From NCBI GenBank assembly GCA_001599295.1, contig BCGN01000004.1:500138-564137 (forward strand): a DNA stretch of 64,000 nt. Reading direction: 5' to 3'. This document shows, piece by piece, positions 35,518 through 49,500 of this stretch (position 1 is its first letter; each line of letters starts with the position of its first letter). The stretch is from Sporopachydermia quercuum (taxonomy: Eukaryota). A program made the position numbers and the translations under genes. Below the pieces are notes generated by a model. That model did not search any database. It saw only the letters and a list, made by a program, of their open reading frames with translations, and had not been told where the DNA came from.

Positions 35518-35924
35518 ATGATAATATGTTGAAGCTAATATGTTAAAGATGATACTAGAATAACTTTAGAGCAGGAGTATCATTCTCTTCTTGCATGTGT
35601 TTTAATTGACTTTTAATAAAGACGTTTAAATTAGACTGTTAGATATTATGATATTCAATATTACTCGTATAAGAATAAGAGTGATCGTTTTGTAACTAAG
35701 ATCCCCCTGTTAGTTAACGCTATAGGATGTAGTATAACAAATTTACTTAAATGATAAAACAATTTACATTAAAAATAAAGAAACTAATAATTCTAATCAA
35801 ACTATAAACCCGTGTCTAATCATGACATCAACCATTTGAAATCCAATCTATAAACATAAAAAACAAACAACCAAAGAAAAGAAAATTCTAAAGATAATAA
35901 ATAAAAAAGTCTAATCAACTACAA

Positions 35925-37559
35925 TTATATAAAAAAAGATCCTTCTAAGTCAACAGAACCTTTCACAGGTAAACCTCTAATAGGGACAACACTTGATAGC
36001 ACATTAATACCAATATCAGCTAACCCATCAATATCAACAGGAACATGACCATCAGCAAGCAATTGGGTAATTATCTTTTGTAATTCAGCACCATTCAATA
36101 ATGTAAATGGCGTGTTGACTAAGTCAACAGACACTTCAAAGGAATTGTTCTCAATTCTCTTAGTAACAGCAGGAAGCCAATCTTTAAGAGGAACAACAGC
36201 AAATTCAACGCCGTGATGGATCAATGTTGCATTTCCCTTTAATTCTGTTACATTCAAAGGAATCTCAATGAAATTTGGTAGCTCAATAGATGCCAAAAGT
36301 GTTCCTGATAAAATAGGACCGGAATTTTCATCGTTATCCTTATTATCACCAGATGGGAATCCAATGCTTAAATTCTCAATTGTCACCTTTTTAATAGGAT
36401 TCCCTATTTTCTTTTTCAAATCAGGAATAGGAACAGGAAGTTTGAATTGTGATAGTTTATTTCTGATCCATTGAGGAATTTTACTAACATCAAGCACATT
36501 ACCACTAATGTATACCTTTGGTGATTTCCCTTTCTTGATACTATCAATAACTCTTTCTAGAGGAGATTTCCCATCACCACAGACATTGTCAAGTTCCGAT
36601 GGGACGTGATCAATAATAGTTGAAAGGTTCAGATCAATTTTCTTTCCTGGTTCAATTGATAATTTTGGTATAGTTCCATTGGCTAGAATCAATTCACCTT
36701 TACCTTCACAGCCATCAATTGAAACTGCCCAGCCAACAGAAGGAATGTTTAAGCTTAGTTTAGGAATAGGATTATCGAGAAGAGCACGGGCTCTTGCCAG
36801 AATAGAATTATCATCATTCTCTTTAACAGTAAATGACTCAATCTTAACTTCTGGCTGTTTCATACCAATGCTGTTTAGTACTTTTTCATATACTTCTAAT
36901 GGGAAGCTACCAATAGGAATTAGGCCGAGGGTAATGCCAACATTAGATTTGATTCTTAAATCCAATAATTGACCAGTTGAGCTGAATAAGTCACCAATCA
37001 TACCAAACATTTGTTTATCAGCTGATAGGTGAACAGAGAAGTCAAGTTTGGTATCGTGATGGTTTCTTACATCAACAGAAAATGGTGGTAAAATAGCTTT
37101 GCCTAATCTAACATACTCTTCTTCGTACTCTTTCTTAATGAACACTTCGATTTCATCAGGAGCAACTCTTGTTGTTCTAATAAAAGAAGCTCCAATTGGT
37201 AGAATACTACTATAGTAGCTGTTAGATAGTTTAGAGTAGTTGACGTTGCTGATACCTTGGAAGTTGATATCAATGCCATCATCACTGAACCCTTCGAATC
37301 CAAAATCAGTGATATCGACAGTAACTGCTTGGTTTACGATTTCTTCAGCATGCTGGGAAAGAATGACTGAATTGATTCCAATCATAGCAACAACAAAGAT
37401 AACTAGTGTGCCTAGAATAGCTGTGAGCATGGTTCTTTTCCTTGCTTTAATAGCATAAGAAGGAACACCCTGGTTCCTCAATGGCTCCAAGTCATCTGGT
37501 GAGGAGATCAAAGGAGTGCGTTCAGACCTGATCTGAGGATTATTGCTGCGGGTAGTCAT
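35925..37559 (-). CDS. Single-pass type II membrane protein with repeated beta-rich (LEA-2/DUF3712-like) domains; Tag1-like, probably vacuolar; 544 aa
   Basis: Cytosolic ERTPLI acidic dileucine-type motif, basic stretch KARKR, one TM helix and then a beta-strand-rich region with a Cys pair (GCEG...VCGDG..SPLE). The ORF is clearly coding; the family assignment is recalled. Confidence 0.7.
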   Translation of the reverse strand: MTTRSNNPQIRSERTPLISSPDDLEPLRNQGVPSYAIKARKRTMLTAILGTLVIFVVAMIGINSVILSQHAEEIVNQAVTVDITDFGFEGFSDDGIDINFQGISNVNYSKLSNSYYSSILPIGASFIRTTRVAPDEIEVFIKKEYEEEYVRLGKAILPPFSVDVRNHHDTKLDFSVHLSADKQMFGMIGDLFSSTGQLLDLRIKSNVGITLGLIPIGSFPLEVYEKVLNSIGMKQPEVKIESFTVKENDDNSILARARALLDNPIPKLSLNIPSVGWAVSIDGCEGKGELILANGTIPKLSIEPGKKIDLNLSTIIDHVPSELDNVCGDGKSPLERVIDSIKKGKSPKVYISGNVLDVSKIPQWIRNKLSQFKLPVPIPDLKKKIGNPIKKVTIENLSIGFPSGDNKDNDENSGPILSGTLLASIELPNFIEIPLNVTELKGNATLIHHGVEFAVVPLKDWLPAVTKRIENNSFEVSVDLVNTPFTLLNGAELQKIITQLLADGHVPVDIDGLADIGINVLSSVVPIRGLPVKGSVDLEGSFFI

Positions 37560-37710
37560 CTTGAGAGCTAGTTAGCTATTAATGTGATTCAATTCTTCTT
37601 GATAGATGATAAGAATTTTATATTATCTGTAGATATAGAAAACAAGTACAGGATTATGATCTGTCGATGGATAGTGTGATGTGTGTGAGAGTATTCTTTC
37701 TTGAGCAACC

Positions 37711-37713
<3 letters not shown>

Positions 37714-37743
<30 letters not shown>
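37714..37743. repeat. (AT)15 microsatellite
   Basis: Read directly; lies upstream of the 37559 gene. Confidence 0.95.
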
Positions 37744-37745
<2 letters not shown>

Positions 37746-38685
37746 ATACTAATTAAAGTATCAAGGGAGTAAAACATTGATTGGAATTGTTTTACTCCGA
37801 AAAAATTTTTTGACGAATTGGTCGCCTTTTTATAGATTAAACCCTTCATCTTAATGATGAAAAATTGCAAGGAAGAAGATGAAGGCAGGAAGTGAGAAAA
37901 GATAAAGAAATTGAGTTAACGTTCCGCGGCTGCAACTGTATGCAGCTGAAGTTTCTCATCTTTTTTTCTTTAAAGTTGTACGGGACAATTTGTGGTAGAG
38001 AGGAATAGATACGGACATTGAAATATATACTGGAAAGAGAACTCTCTAAATAAAGAGCAGCTAANGGAGTATGTTGGATTTTTTGTTTAATATAGTTTAT
38101 TGAAATCAATGCAGGTTTTCAAACCCATTTTCTTGAACTTTTTGTGGTCAATTAATAGTTTTCGCTAAGTTTTATCAATGAACCATCACTGTCCATGAGA
38201 CAATCAACTCCTCTGTCCCAAGTGAGGTCCATACCAAATGTCCGGTGGACCCCGACTGGTGAGTGGAGCTCCGATGTGGCTGATCTACCGTCAGTTGCAC
38301 ACAATTGAGCGTCAGCAACTAGGATCTTACTTACTCTAAATCATTTCGGACGCATCTTCCTAAATTAGTCATTTTTAATTACCCTACATTTAATACACTT
38401 CCTTCTCAGTCGCACACTCAGAAATGTCTCATACTCAGTACTATCAGTTCCAAGCTATTTAACGAACCTCCCAGGTCTCATACCTCAGGTCTCACTTCAG
38501 AGTCTTTGTCCACTAAGCTATCACATGACTTTTAATTCCCATTTAATCCAAATATTTCATCAAATCACTTCATGAGAATCATCAACTACTAAGTATTAAT
38601 AAAACAATGGAAAGATCAAATAAATACCCTTTTTCAATCATTATTTGAGTATAATCTTTCCAACCGTCCCTTCTTTTCTTTTACA

Positions 38686-41469
38686 ATGAGAATACTAACT
38701 ATCAGGAACCTACCTTCAATAGGTAGGTCTTCATTGTTGATAGGTAGTACTGCTCCCGTAAGGGGATTACCATCAATATCTGTAAGACAATTATCATCAA
38801 CGAAAACATCANTAGTATATGAAACACCAGCATTTACAGAAATTGACAAAAAATGGAGAGAGAAATGGACAGAATTATGCTCAAACGACAGTTTGGATCC
38901 AAGCAAGTTTAATCCAGACCCTCAGCCAAAGAATAAAGGAAAATACTTTGCATTGGCTATGTTTCCTTATCCATCAGGAATGCTGCATATGGGTCATTTA
39001 AGAGTATACACAATATCAGATACATTAGCAAGATTTCGAAGACTAACTGGTTATGATGTTGTTCATTGTATGGGATGGGATGCTTTTGGATTACCTGCTG
39101 AGAATGCTGCTATTGAGAGAGGGGTAGACCCTGCTGACTGGACTTCTTCTAATATTGCTAAGATGAAGGAACAAATGCTTGCTATGCATGCTGATTTTGA
39201 TTGGGATCGTGAGCTTACCACTTGTAGTCCTGATTATTATAAATGGACTCAAAAATTGTTCTTGTTGATGTATGAAGAAGGTCTGGCTTATAGGAAAGAA
39301 GCAGAGATCAACTGGGACCCTGTCGATCAAACAGTGCTAGCTAATGAACAAGTTGATGACGAAGGCAGATCTTGGAGATCCGGTGCTCTTGTCGAGAAGA
39401 GAATGCTAAAGCAATGGTTTTTCGGCATAACGAAATATGCCGAAAGACTGAATGAGGANTTGAAATTATTGGACAATTGGCCTGATCGTGTTCCTAAAAT
39501 GCAGAAACATTGGATAGGAGCTTCAAATGGCGCTGAAGTAAAATTCGCTCTCCCCGAAGGATTCGAATCTGAAACTGTAAATATTTTCACTACTCGCCCG
39601 GATACTTTGTTTGGCGTCCAGTTCGTTGCTCTTGCTTTAGATCATCCTATTGCTAAGAAGTACCGGGAAACGAACCCAGAATTAGATCAGTTTATATTCA
39701 AAGCAGAACAGCTCCCCGAGGGTTCTAAAGAGGCATTTGAGATTCCTGGGTTATTTGTATCTAATCCTTTAACGCCAGATGTATTTGATGTTCCTGTGTA
39801 TGTAGCCCCATATGTTCTAGGTCATTATGGCCATGGAGCAGTTATGGGATGTCCGGGACATGACGAGCGTGATTTTGAATTCTGGAAGCTAAATAACCCA
39901 GAAATACCAGTTAGGTTTGTTATTGAGCCTACGGAAGGAGCTCATGATAGGCTGTCAGCTTTCACGTTGAAGAAGGGTCGATTAGCTTCAAACTGCGGGA
40001 AATATTCTGGGTTGAACACTTCTGAAGCCATTAAAGCTATTGTTGATGATTTAACTACTGAGAATAGAGGCAAATCTTGTCGTCAGTACCGTCTGAGAGA
40101 TTGGCTATTATCTCGTCAAAGATACTGGGGAGCACCAATACCTATTATCCATTGCAAATCATGTGGTACTGTTCCTGTACCGGATAAAGATTTACCTGTA
40201 CTATTACCCAAAGGTGCTAATTTCAGTCAGAAAGGTGGTAATCCTTTGGCTAAAGCAGAAGAGTTCTATAAAGTGAAATGTCCAAGTTGTGGAGAAGATG
40301 CTCATAGAGATACTGATACTATGGACACATTTGTTGATAGCTCATGGTACTTTTTCAGGTTTACTGATGCTCAGAATCCTAACAAAATGTTCTCAGAAGA
40401 GAAATCTTCTGCTCTTATGCCTGTAGATTTGTATATTGGAGGTATTGAACATGCTATTCTCCATTTGCTATATTCACGTTTTGTGGGTAAATTTCTTGCT
40501 GATAAAGGCCTATGGTCTGGAGGTGATCTCAATGGTGAGCCTATTAAAAAGCTAGTGAGCCAAGGAATGGTTCATGGCAAAACGTACATTGAACCTCATA
40601 CTGGTAGGTTTCTTAAACCTCATGAAGTAGACGTCTCTGATATGATGAAACCTAAGGTGATTGGTGGTAAATATAATGGTGAAGAAGCTAAGATATCTTA
40701 TGAAAAGATGTCAAAGAGCAAATATAATGGTGCCGATCCTGGTGAATGCATAGCAAAACATGGCGCTGATGCTACAAGGGCTCATATTTTATTCCAAGCC
40801 CCAGTTCCTGATGCTTTGAATTGGGATGAGACCAAAATCGTTGGTATTGAAAGATTTCTCAAGCGTATTTTAGTATTATCTGAGCAGTTTCAACAGTCTG
40901 GATTGGATATTGAAAGCGAAGGATTGCGCTCCTTTGAACAAAAAGGTGAATTGAAAGAGGATCAAATTGAGCTATGGAACCATTTACAGTGCACTACAGC
41001 AAAGATTACTGACTCTTTTACTGAAGCAGAATCATTGAATACTGTGATCTCTGATTATATGAAACTTATGAATGAAATAACCAATTACATCAATAATCCT
41101 GGATTCTCTCAAGAGTTTGCTTTGTATGTATATAAGAAACTATTGGTATTGATGGCCCCAGTGACACCAGCAACAGTTGAGGAAGCATGGGAGAAGATAT
41201 CAAGAGATGAGAAGTCAATTTTCTATGAACGGTGGCCAGAAGCACAAGCTATCAGACAATCAATGCAGCGGAAATACCAAGTCATTGTAAATGGTAAATT
41301 CAAATTCATGATTGATGCTCATAAGGACAGTCATAAAGATAAAGAAGCATTGATTAACTCTGTTTTGACTAGTGAACAGGGCAGACGCCTGTTTGGTCAA
41401 TGTCCTGAATTCAAGAAAATAGTTGTTACACCTAAAATTATTAGTTTTGTTCTTTCAAAATCAAAGTAA
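38686..41469 (+). CDS. NAM2: Mitochondrial leucyl-tRNA synthetase, 927 aa
   Basis: Arg/Ser-rich presequence; [13 protein letters not shown] (HIGH motif); [34 protein letters not shown]. Confidence 0.96.
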   Translation: MRILTIRNLPSIGRSSLLIGSTAPVRGLPSISVRQLSSTKTSXVYETPAFTEIDKKWREKWTELCSNDSLDPSKFNPDPQPKNKGKYFALAMFPYPSGMLHMGHLRVYTISDTLARFRRLTGYDVVHCMGWDAFGLPAENAAIERGVDPADWTSSNIAKMKEQMLAMHADFDWDRELTTCSPDYYKWTQKLFLLMYEEGLAYRKEAEINWDPVDQTVLANEQVDDEGRSWRSGALVEKRMLKQWFFGITKYAERLNEXLKLLDNWPDRVPKMQKHWIGASNGAEVKFALPEGFESETVNIFTTRPDTLFGVQFVALALDHPIAKKYRETNPELDQFIFKAEQLPEGSKEAFEIPGLFVSNPLTPDVFDVPVYVAPYVLGHYGHGAVMGCPGHDERDFEFWKLNNPEIPVRFVIEPTEGAHDRLSAFTLKKGRLASNCGKYSGLNTSEAIKAIVDDLTTENRGKSCRQYRLRDWLLSRQRYWGAPIPIIHCKSCGTVPVPDKDLPVLLPKGANFSQKGGNPLAKAEEFYKVKCPSCGEDAHRDTDTMDTFVDSSWYFFRFTDAQNPNKMFSEEKSSALMPVDLYIGGIEHAILHLLYSRFVGKFLADKGLWSGGDLNGEPIKKLVSQGMVHGKTYIEPHTGRFLKPHEVDVSDMMKPKVIGGKYNGEEAKISYEKMSKSKYNGADPGECIAKHGADATRAHILFQAPVPDALNWDETKIVGIERFLKRILVLSEQFQQSGLDIESEGLRSFEQKGELKEDQIELWNHLQCTTAKITDSFTEAESLNTVISDYMKLMNEITNYINNPGFSQEFALYVYKKLLVLMAPVTPATVEEAWEKISRDEKSIFYERWPEAQAIRQSMQRKYQVIVNGKFKFMIDAHKDSHKDKEALINSVLTSEQGRRLFGQCPEFKKIVVTPKIISFVLSKSK

Positions 41470-41687
41470 ATGGTGTATCATCTTCTCGGCTGGGGTGGAC
41501 GATGTGTTTTCTTCTCGCAAGGTATCTAAGATGCATAAAACAAAAGAAAACTAAAACACTGTACATAAAATAATCAAGTTGTATATAAAGATTAAGTGGT
41601 GGTAGATGAATAAATATAAAAGTTAAGCCGACAATAAGCAAAAAATCAAGCCAACAACAGAGTCAATATAAATGTAATTGGGGTTGA

Positions 41688-44107
41688 TTATTTCGATGCT
41701 CCTGTAACTGTTTTCTCNGGTTTCCTGCCGATGAGACTTTTGATTGAAGCATACAGCAATTCACTAATACCAGTCATTCCTTTCTCATCTAAACGGTCTA
41801 GTAGTTTAATTCTCAGTTCATCAAATGTCATGTTCAAGCCACCATTGCCAGCTAAAGCNGTAAAACTCTGATGCGTAGCAGGTCCTGAATGACGTTTAGT
41901 AACAATTGGATCAGCATCTTCCAATTCCCTAACAAGATCAGCAGCAATTTTAACAAACGCCGCTGAATGGAATAATGAATACATGTTGCAGATGTGTTCT
42001 CTTTGTTCAATAGGTTTTCCCAAGGTATTAACAAAATTCCTGTTAAGCAATAAACCTTTACTTCCTCTATCTTTAACCGAAAATGCTCTGTTACGCCAAA
42101 GGAGATTACAGATATCCATAACATATGAATTGTATAGTTGAACTTCGGAAGAAAACTGGGGATCCATTGCATATTCTGCAAAGAATGGCTTAATACAAGC
42201 AATAAATCCACAAATTTTCGAGATAGCAATTGGATTCCCGCTCAATAGGAATCGGTAGACTAAAGCCGGTGGAAGCAAGAATGTTGGAATGGAAAACTCT
42301 TTTAGTGTGATTGTTGAGATGGTTTCAAAGTAGTCAATTAATGCTATCTGAATACCTGCATGATCATTAAATCGCTTTAGTTTTGTTTAGTTAGTATGCC
42401 TTATCTTACTCGTGTTCTTCAGTTTGTTCACTTTGTCCATGGATTGGAGTAATAAAAATAGTACTTACCTCGAGTTTTCGCAATCCAATGTTCGCTATTT
42501 CATTCGAAAGTTTCATGATGGAAAATCTGATATCTGTTTCGCTAATAATAATCGATCTTTGGATATTTAAGTTAGTATAAATGTCACTAGTAGAACTAGG
42601 TTAAAGCAATGAAGAAATGAGGTGTAAAACATACTGTGGAGTTTTATTGTTCATTGAGAAATTCCAGTTCTTGCCTAACTCAGCAAAAGCGTCAAACAGT
42701 TGAATCACATGCTCAATTTGATTGGTGTTAAAATTATGTGGAGTATTGTTGTTCTGAGCCATATCATGCAGTAATAACTCTTCAATTCCTCGTAGCACAT
42801 TAAGATAGAAATTAGACCACGTTTGACAAGATATATAAGGCAAAAGACTCAATATTTGCTTTCTAAATTTAATTCCATCCCAAGAAGCAAGCACTTTATA
42901 TAAAAACTCTTCAACTGAGAAAATAAGACTTTTGGTGTACTCCGTGAAGAAGATGATTTGATCCAACAATTGTTCAATGTCCTTTTCACCAACATCCTCA
43001 TTATGTAAAACGAATGAAATCCAAGTTTCAAGTTTCACCCAAACTGGATGAGTGTTTTCTTTCAATGAAATGATTCTCAATAAAGCCTCGGGCCTTCTTA
43101 GGACTGATCCTATTTGAACTGGGAATTCAATGACATCTAGGTTATTCAAAGCTGACTCTACAGAAAATAGCTCCTTTGATGAAGAAACGGTGAAGCCGAT
43201 ACCATACAAAGAGGATTTCTTGTTTTCGATTCTCCGTTTCTTGTTTCTTTCTTCAAAATCTTGGAATTTGGTGAATGTCGTTGCTGCAGTCTCTTTACCG
43301 TGCATAGTTGTCAGTATTTTGAAGAATTCAGGATTAGGAATATTGAAGACATTTGGTTTGATAGCAGGGAAAGTATCAGCGATTGATTCAGGGAAGTATT
43401 CTCTGAATAATTGTAGTAATCCAATGATTTGTTGACAATCAGGTTTCTTCTTATATAAGTCAAAAAGAAATTCTACTCGGAATGGTTTCACATGCTTGCG
43501 CTTCGTATGAAGGAAAAGCAATTGAGCTAACGATGGAGCTAAATATTGATATGACAAATAGCTGAACAGAATGCCGTACAGTCTTTCAAAAATCTTGACA
43601 TCCTTAGTAAAGCCCGAAATTAGAATCATCCATTTGACCAGTTCAGTTTGAACTTCGACAGGTACACCAGTAGTACCCTTTTTGGAGTCAGGAGATCCCA
43701 GGCACCCACAAATCATTAGAATGACCTCAGTAGAAACTAAAGATCGGGGGAACAGAATACTTCTAACCATTTGCCTTAATATTGAAACTGAAATGGTAGA
43801 ATCAGGATGGGTTATTACTGCAATCATGTTGAGCAATTCCTGACCATTCAACCCATATATAGGAGTCAATTGCTCTAATATTTGGTACTGTTGTTTGACA
43901 TCAGTACTTGACAGAGACTTCTTATCAATGCCTGAAAATTATTCTGTTAGTAATTAGTAATTCTTGCGTGGGACAACNAATCTACGTGAGAATTCACTTC
44001 TGGATCTATCTCTACTCTACTCTTATCATTCGATTCTACCAGTACTTACCTCTCACCAGTTCGATAACTGCGTTTCGAATAGCATTGGTTTCTGATTCAG
44101 GACTCAT
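41688..44107 (-). CDS. CTF3: Inner kinetochore CENP-I / Mis6 / Ctf3 homologue; exons 44107-44050, 43931-42635, 42556-42469, 42374-41688; 709 aa
   Basis: Mis6-type motifs LYGILFSYL..L.P.LAQLLFLHTKRKHVKPFR and YNSYVMDICNLLWRNRAF. Three introns join the two track ORFs and a hidden first exon (MSPESETNAIRNAVIELVRG) into one 2130-nt frame. Confidence 0.88.
42375..42468 (-). other. CTF3: CTF3 intron 3 (94 nt, AAG acceptor)
   Basis: GTAAGT ... TACTAAC ... AAG; phase 0; in frame with the 41688-42278 ORF. Confidence 0.85.
42557..42634 (-). other. CTF3: CTF3 intron 2 (78 nt, AAG acceptor)
   Basis: GTATGT ... TACTAAC ... AAG; removes the stop at 42601-42603; phase 2. Confidence 0.85.
43932..44049 (-). 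other. CTF3: CTF3 intron 1 (118 nt)
   Basis: GTAAGT ... TACTAAC ... CAG; phase 1; frame preserved. Confidence 0.88.
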
Positions 44108-46479
44108 GATTGCCGAATAACTTTTTTTGGTTGAACTCTAGTCAAATCATCTGTATAAACAATATTTCGTGATAATTTAGTCAATCTAGAACATGTTTCA
44201 TTTTTTTTACTTGAATGTTTATCTTATCATCATCTGATAGCATCTGTTGCAAATGCAAATGAGCTTACAAAACAAAAAAAAAGGTGAACAGTGAAATGAG
44301 AGTTTGAGTTGAGACACTACATGTAACTTTGTAATTAAGATTATGTGATCATTAAATAACTACTAGAATCTTGCAATTGAGTTTGAGTTGATGATGTGAA
44401 CAGAAAACAATAGTGAAGTGATTCCTTAGGTGGGGAGAGAAAGAGGTGAAATTAAGGTGTATGAGATATGGGACGCTGGAATGGAGAATATGGTGCTTCT
44501 TCTGTTGAATTGGGAACAGCATATTGTGGATTTGTTTACTCAATCAAATGATAACCAAACCTGTGTGATGAGANAAATCAACCGACTCGTAAAATAACTC
44601 CATTAGTATATCAGTGGTTATTGAGTATTGATTTCAGGAAGGGTTATTGTTGAAGATCTTCGATACTAGATTGCAATTTCACTCGTTGCTTTGCTGTTTG
44701 CAAGGTTGGAATTATGTCTGGAACCACTCGGAATGATCTCATTGCATTCCCCAGTAAGGATTGATTGAAAGTTTATTCGATATATATATATGTATAAACC
44801 AGATATAAGATTTATTTATTAATTCGTTATTGATTAAGGTACTAAAATTACGATTTTCTTTATTTTGGAGATATTTTTACGTTTCGCTAAGATTGGCTTT
44901 TTCAGTATATAGATAAAATAAGTCATTGTTCTTAGCTTCTTCCTTTATGGAATGCTGTTACTTATTGATGCTGAACCTTTCAGTTAGAAGCTAGACACTT
45001 TCGGAACAATTGTATACATTATCATATATTAAAAAATCAATTAAGATGGCAATATACGATCTAATGCTACATTTCCGGGGATCATTTCAATCGCAATCGA
45101 ATGATAATACAATTATTGTTTGGAATGGCACTACACTTCTCTTCGTAGTAAGTGCCAATCAGCTTACAATGAGTAGTAGAGATTATACAAGAACAGTAAT
45201 TTATTTGAACACCGTAAATACTGTTTTGCAAACAAGGCACTTCATTATCTCAATTGCAAACTAGCTTCGAAATCGCAACGTATATTGAGCCAACAATTTG
45301 TAGAATGGAAAAGGGATAGAATATAAATTCCGTACAAAGCAACTAGCTTTTTAAACGGGAAATTACTGATTTTCTTGAGACTCCCTGAATGCCTGAAATC
45401 TTTGGAGTCATTTCAATACCACTTCAGAAGCTTTGGAGCATGAAATAAACAGGGTAATAATTCTGATACAGTTAACTATAACTCAGTGACAAATCTTTAA
45501 TTCCTGCAGTCAATCGCTTAGCGAAAGCTAAATCCGTGAACTTGTAGCTTGAAACGAAAAGTGATTGATAGACTAGATAGTGATTCTTACAAAAGTCACT
45601 TCTAAAATGATACTAATAATATTAATGATGTTTCATTAATACTCAGAAATCGCTCCTTGTTTCATCACATTTAGATTATATGTATCGCCTCTTTTACCTT
45701 CATCAAATTTCTAATAATCTACGAAATGGGTTATAGGAGAATTACTTTTGTCCGGTGACAAGAGTTCCTTTCCATCAATTAGAGAATATAAAGATTTGAG
45801 TATCTTTTTAGGTTTGATGAACTCATTCGAAAGTTTCGATGTTTAAGCCTTATTTAACATTTGAGACTATAAAGCTAAACTTTAGATATGCATTAAGTTA
45901 AAGAACTCTTCTGATTTTAGATGATTATACTACTTCATACGTTAAACCTTATTCTTAGACATAAAAATTACAACATCGCCGGTAATTATTTCAGTTTTAC
46001 TTTCAACTTCTCTTTTGGTTATAGAGCTTATCCTTCATATGTCTGTTGAANGGCCCTCATTTCATGATGATCTTAATCGTCACTATTATCAGCAATGAAG
46101 TAGCTTAAACATCAATATAAATCTATTGGTTCCGTAACGAAAGACGTATATCTCAATGGCTTATAAATAAGCATATATTCCAATTCTCCATTCTTGTAAG
46201 TCAAAGAAACACTCAACCACGTGGAACTGAGAGTTGATTCAGTTGAAAGTTCTGAAGGTTTGGACTGGTATTGTCAATAATACTTGCAAGATATATTGAA
46301 CCTTCATTTTCAAGAATGGCATTGAATAAGTTGATGGCAATTTCTTGAAAACAAGGCAAATCAAACCAGATTCGAGTCAGTTGATGCTTATGGGTGAATT
46401 CTCGTCCAGGGTCTTCAATCATCTTTGGTGTTTGAAAGTTAGTAGAATANTTTAATAGCTACTCAGTAGCAGTTAAATG

Positions 46480-46577
46480 TAGTCGCACAATCGTAGTTAA
46501 ATATGTTTTAATTAGTAAAATAGTTATCTAGTCGCACAATCGTAGTTAAATATGTTCTAATTAGTAAAATAGTTATC
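46480..46577. repeat. 49-bp direct tandem duplication with one mismatch
   Basis: TAGTCGCACAATCGTAGTTAAATATGTT(T/C)TAATTAGTAAAATAGTTATC at 46480-46528 and 46529-46577. Confidence 0.93.
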
Positions 46578-49500
46578 TCGCTGAAACATAAGTACATCTA
46601 AATCCAATGGGCAAACTTTAGTACAGAATATATCTCAGTTATCCCTCAAAAGAAAGCATCAACAGTTCTCATAATGCCTGCCTGAGTCTACGATGATCGG
46701 GTTTCGTTCTTGAGTAAAATTAACAGCTCAGCACTGTGAAAGTAGTTTTTCTTAAGTCCACTGTCAGTTCAATAAAATTCAATTCTAAAAAATATTGACG
46801 GAATTCAATTGTCGATGTAATGCTTCGGAATTCAACCAATTGGGCTAAACCCTCAGAGTATTTTATTTCATGTAACTTTGTACATCTTTCTTATCGGTCC
46901 TATCTNTCAAAATGGCTTTTTTTTTCTGTTTGTCTGAAATATCGATCAATATCTCCTACAATATGTAATGTTCAATAGAAATAATCGCCTGCCACTTGTA
47001 ACAGACTTTTTTCTTTCTTACTTTCTTGTTTTCGCCATAACACATCCTCAGTACTCTAAAAAAGATAATATTTCAAAATGAGTTGAGATTTAGAATTATA
47101 CTTGTAGAATAGTAAAAACGCACCTTTAATTAATGGGTAATCATGAAGACCGTGCAAGCAATTCAATCAATATCATAATATCCTGTCTGTGACATCAGAA
47201 CAGAAATAGAACTTCGTAAACGATACAATTAATTCAACAATTGAACAAATTCTATATTCATAGTCACCTTACATCTTGCTCTTGAAGTATCGTAGGGAAA
47301 TTGAACATGACTTAACCAGCGCTTTGAGCTTAGGGGTTGCTAACCAATTTCTCTCATTTATCTGATTACAAGAATTTTCAACCAATATCTATTATCAAAG
47401 AGCCCACTATGATTAGTCTTCTTTATTATTATATTATAACAGTTAAATCTGAGCTCGAAAGACAGTTCAGATTTCAGCTTTTTCATTGCCTATCCTTCAG
47501 TAAATTGTAAACTAAGAAAAAATTGTAAANCAAGATTTTTATTCTACAAGACTTCTGTTCATGACTTACAAAAAATTTCTCAAAATCAATCAATACAAAA
47601 TACGGCTTATTATTAGGATGATAATTTTTTTTTTTTTAATTCTCTCGACAAAGATTTCCAAACGGGCTTTCATTTAATTCATCTTTTACCAAGGAAACTT
47701 AAGCTAAGGNAAAAAAAAGAAGGTCAACCAACAATACCAAACCCATGAAGACAATAATGTCTATATATATTGAGGTCTACAAATTATTATGTAGCACTTC
47801 GACATATCTGTAGTGTTCCTTCCATGTTAGCATCACATTATTTTCTTGGGATCCTTTTAAATGCATATTAGATGNTCGGTGATGGCAAGCCTACATTATT
47901 CATTCATCTCATTAGATAAACCCTTACCTCTTCTACCTTTACCTCTTACACTTTGATGGTAGAATGAATCTAAAAACAGTCTGGTAGGAATACGTTGAGG
48001 ACAAATTACAGCGAAGATAATAAAAATTGTTGATAACCGTTTTTGAATAATATATAATAACGATTGCTCATTTGAATTATGGATTGAGTATATCAAATTA
48101 ATGATAATATTGGTAGATTGGCTGCAATTTAAGTATAGGCTAAACCTAAGTATCGATTGGTATTCTCAAAGGCTCTTTTCTGTCAGTTTAGTTTGATACC
48201 TTTAGCAAAAATAGTCCTTATTTATAATTAATCTAACAGTGAGTATGAAGAATGAAAGTCGTTCATACTAAATATTCTGATTGACTTAGAGAAAAGGAGT
48301 AAAACCGAAAATAAGTCATTTCACTGCAATATAGGCCCATGTTTTGAACTTAAGATTCAGGCCCTGTTTGGATCATTTATCTAAACTGGAAAGATGGTCT
48401 TCCCAACAAAAGAAGTAACGGATTTAAATTGACGTTCTAATTTCTCTTATTTCAATGAAGAATCATTATTTACCTACCCTGATGACCGTTCAGTAGATTG
48501 TTTCTATGGGAAGCAATCAGACGTTGTTAACATATTAACATATTGTTACTTACATAGCATTGCGGGCCTCTGTTGCTCATATTTCTTTTTTTCTTCTTAC
48601 CTCTGTAAAATCTACCATTCCTAACACTTTATAAGATTGTTCAAGTGTTCACCTACAATTGCAACATCAGGCATGAAGCGAAAGATTTCTTCTCCTATTC
48701 GTTTGGCATTTGGCAGTACCGGCAGACCTTCCTTTGGCAGAAAAATGTCTGATTCTTANAATTTATAGAAGAAGGATCATTAATCTGGGCGAGAACATGT
48801 TCAAGTCTACCTCTGTGACTCTTCAGTTTAATTCTCAGGATTGATAACATAACAGTCATAAAGAGTAGCAGGCATTCTTTTCTCTTTTTTGAATATTTTA
48901 ACAAGCATCGGACTAGCGGTCAATAAGAGTTATTAACAGGACGATACAATTCATTCTTTGTAGAGTTAGAAGGGGTTACGTGTCCTGATGGTCTGGAACA
49001 TTGGAATTAATCTTTACATTAACAAGATCATCAAACAGGCAATAGCAAAGGTGAATCAATATAAAAGATTATCTGGATCAGTAGCAACACAAGCTGATTT
49101 GTTTTCGGTTCATATATTCTTGTAANAACTGTGCAATAGACCTCGGGTTTTGTCGAGATTCATTGAATTTCTGTCTGGTCTGGTAGCGCCTTCACTTAGG
49201 TTGTCCCATTTAAATTTATAGTTTAACATTTAACACTTTAAATTCAAAGATGAAGATTGCCTAACGTTTGTACGTATCAACTAACTAACTCTATTCTCCA
49301 ACTTACCTTCAAAGCTAAGATTAGCGTATCTAAACAATCGGATTTCATATAATTTGTGTTACCCAGAAAGTTATGACTGAATGTGCTCCCTAATGACATT
49401 TTTTTAAAACAACTCTGAGAATATAATCAGTCAGATAAGAGCACATAGATATTGAAGCCCTAGAATAGCATCATTTTCAGTTTACTTGAATTTTGTCTCT

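Noticed and set aside
38259..38705. Apparent intron (GTGAGT at 38259; TACTAAC at 38693 and CAG at 38705) at the NAM2 start
   Set aside because: No nearby upstream ATG splices into the NAM2 frame, and the unspliced ATG at 38686 already gives a convincing mitochondrial presequence.
11023..41469. Alternative CUG decoding
   Set aside because: CTG encodes conserved Leu in Hog1 (EIMLTW), Ilv6 (HVLNC) and Nam2 (LHMGH, YRLRDW), supporting the standard code.
46213..46440. Minus-strand peptide PKMIEDPGREFT, reminiscent of the integrase P..I.SD.G.EF motif
   Set aside because: The spacing is off, and there are no other integrase/RT motifs, LTRs or extended frame. A tblastn against retroelement libraries would settle it.
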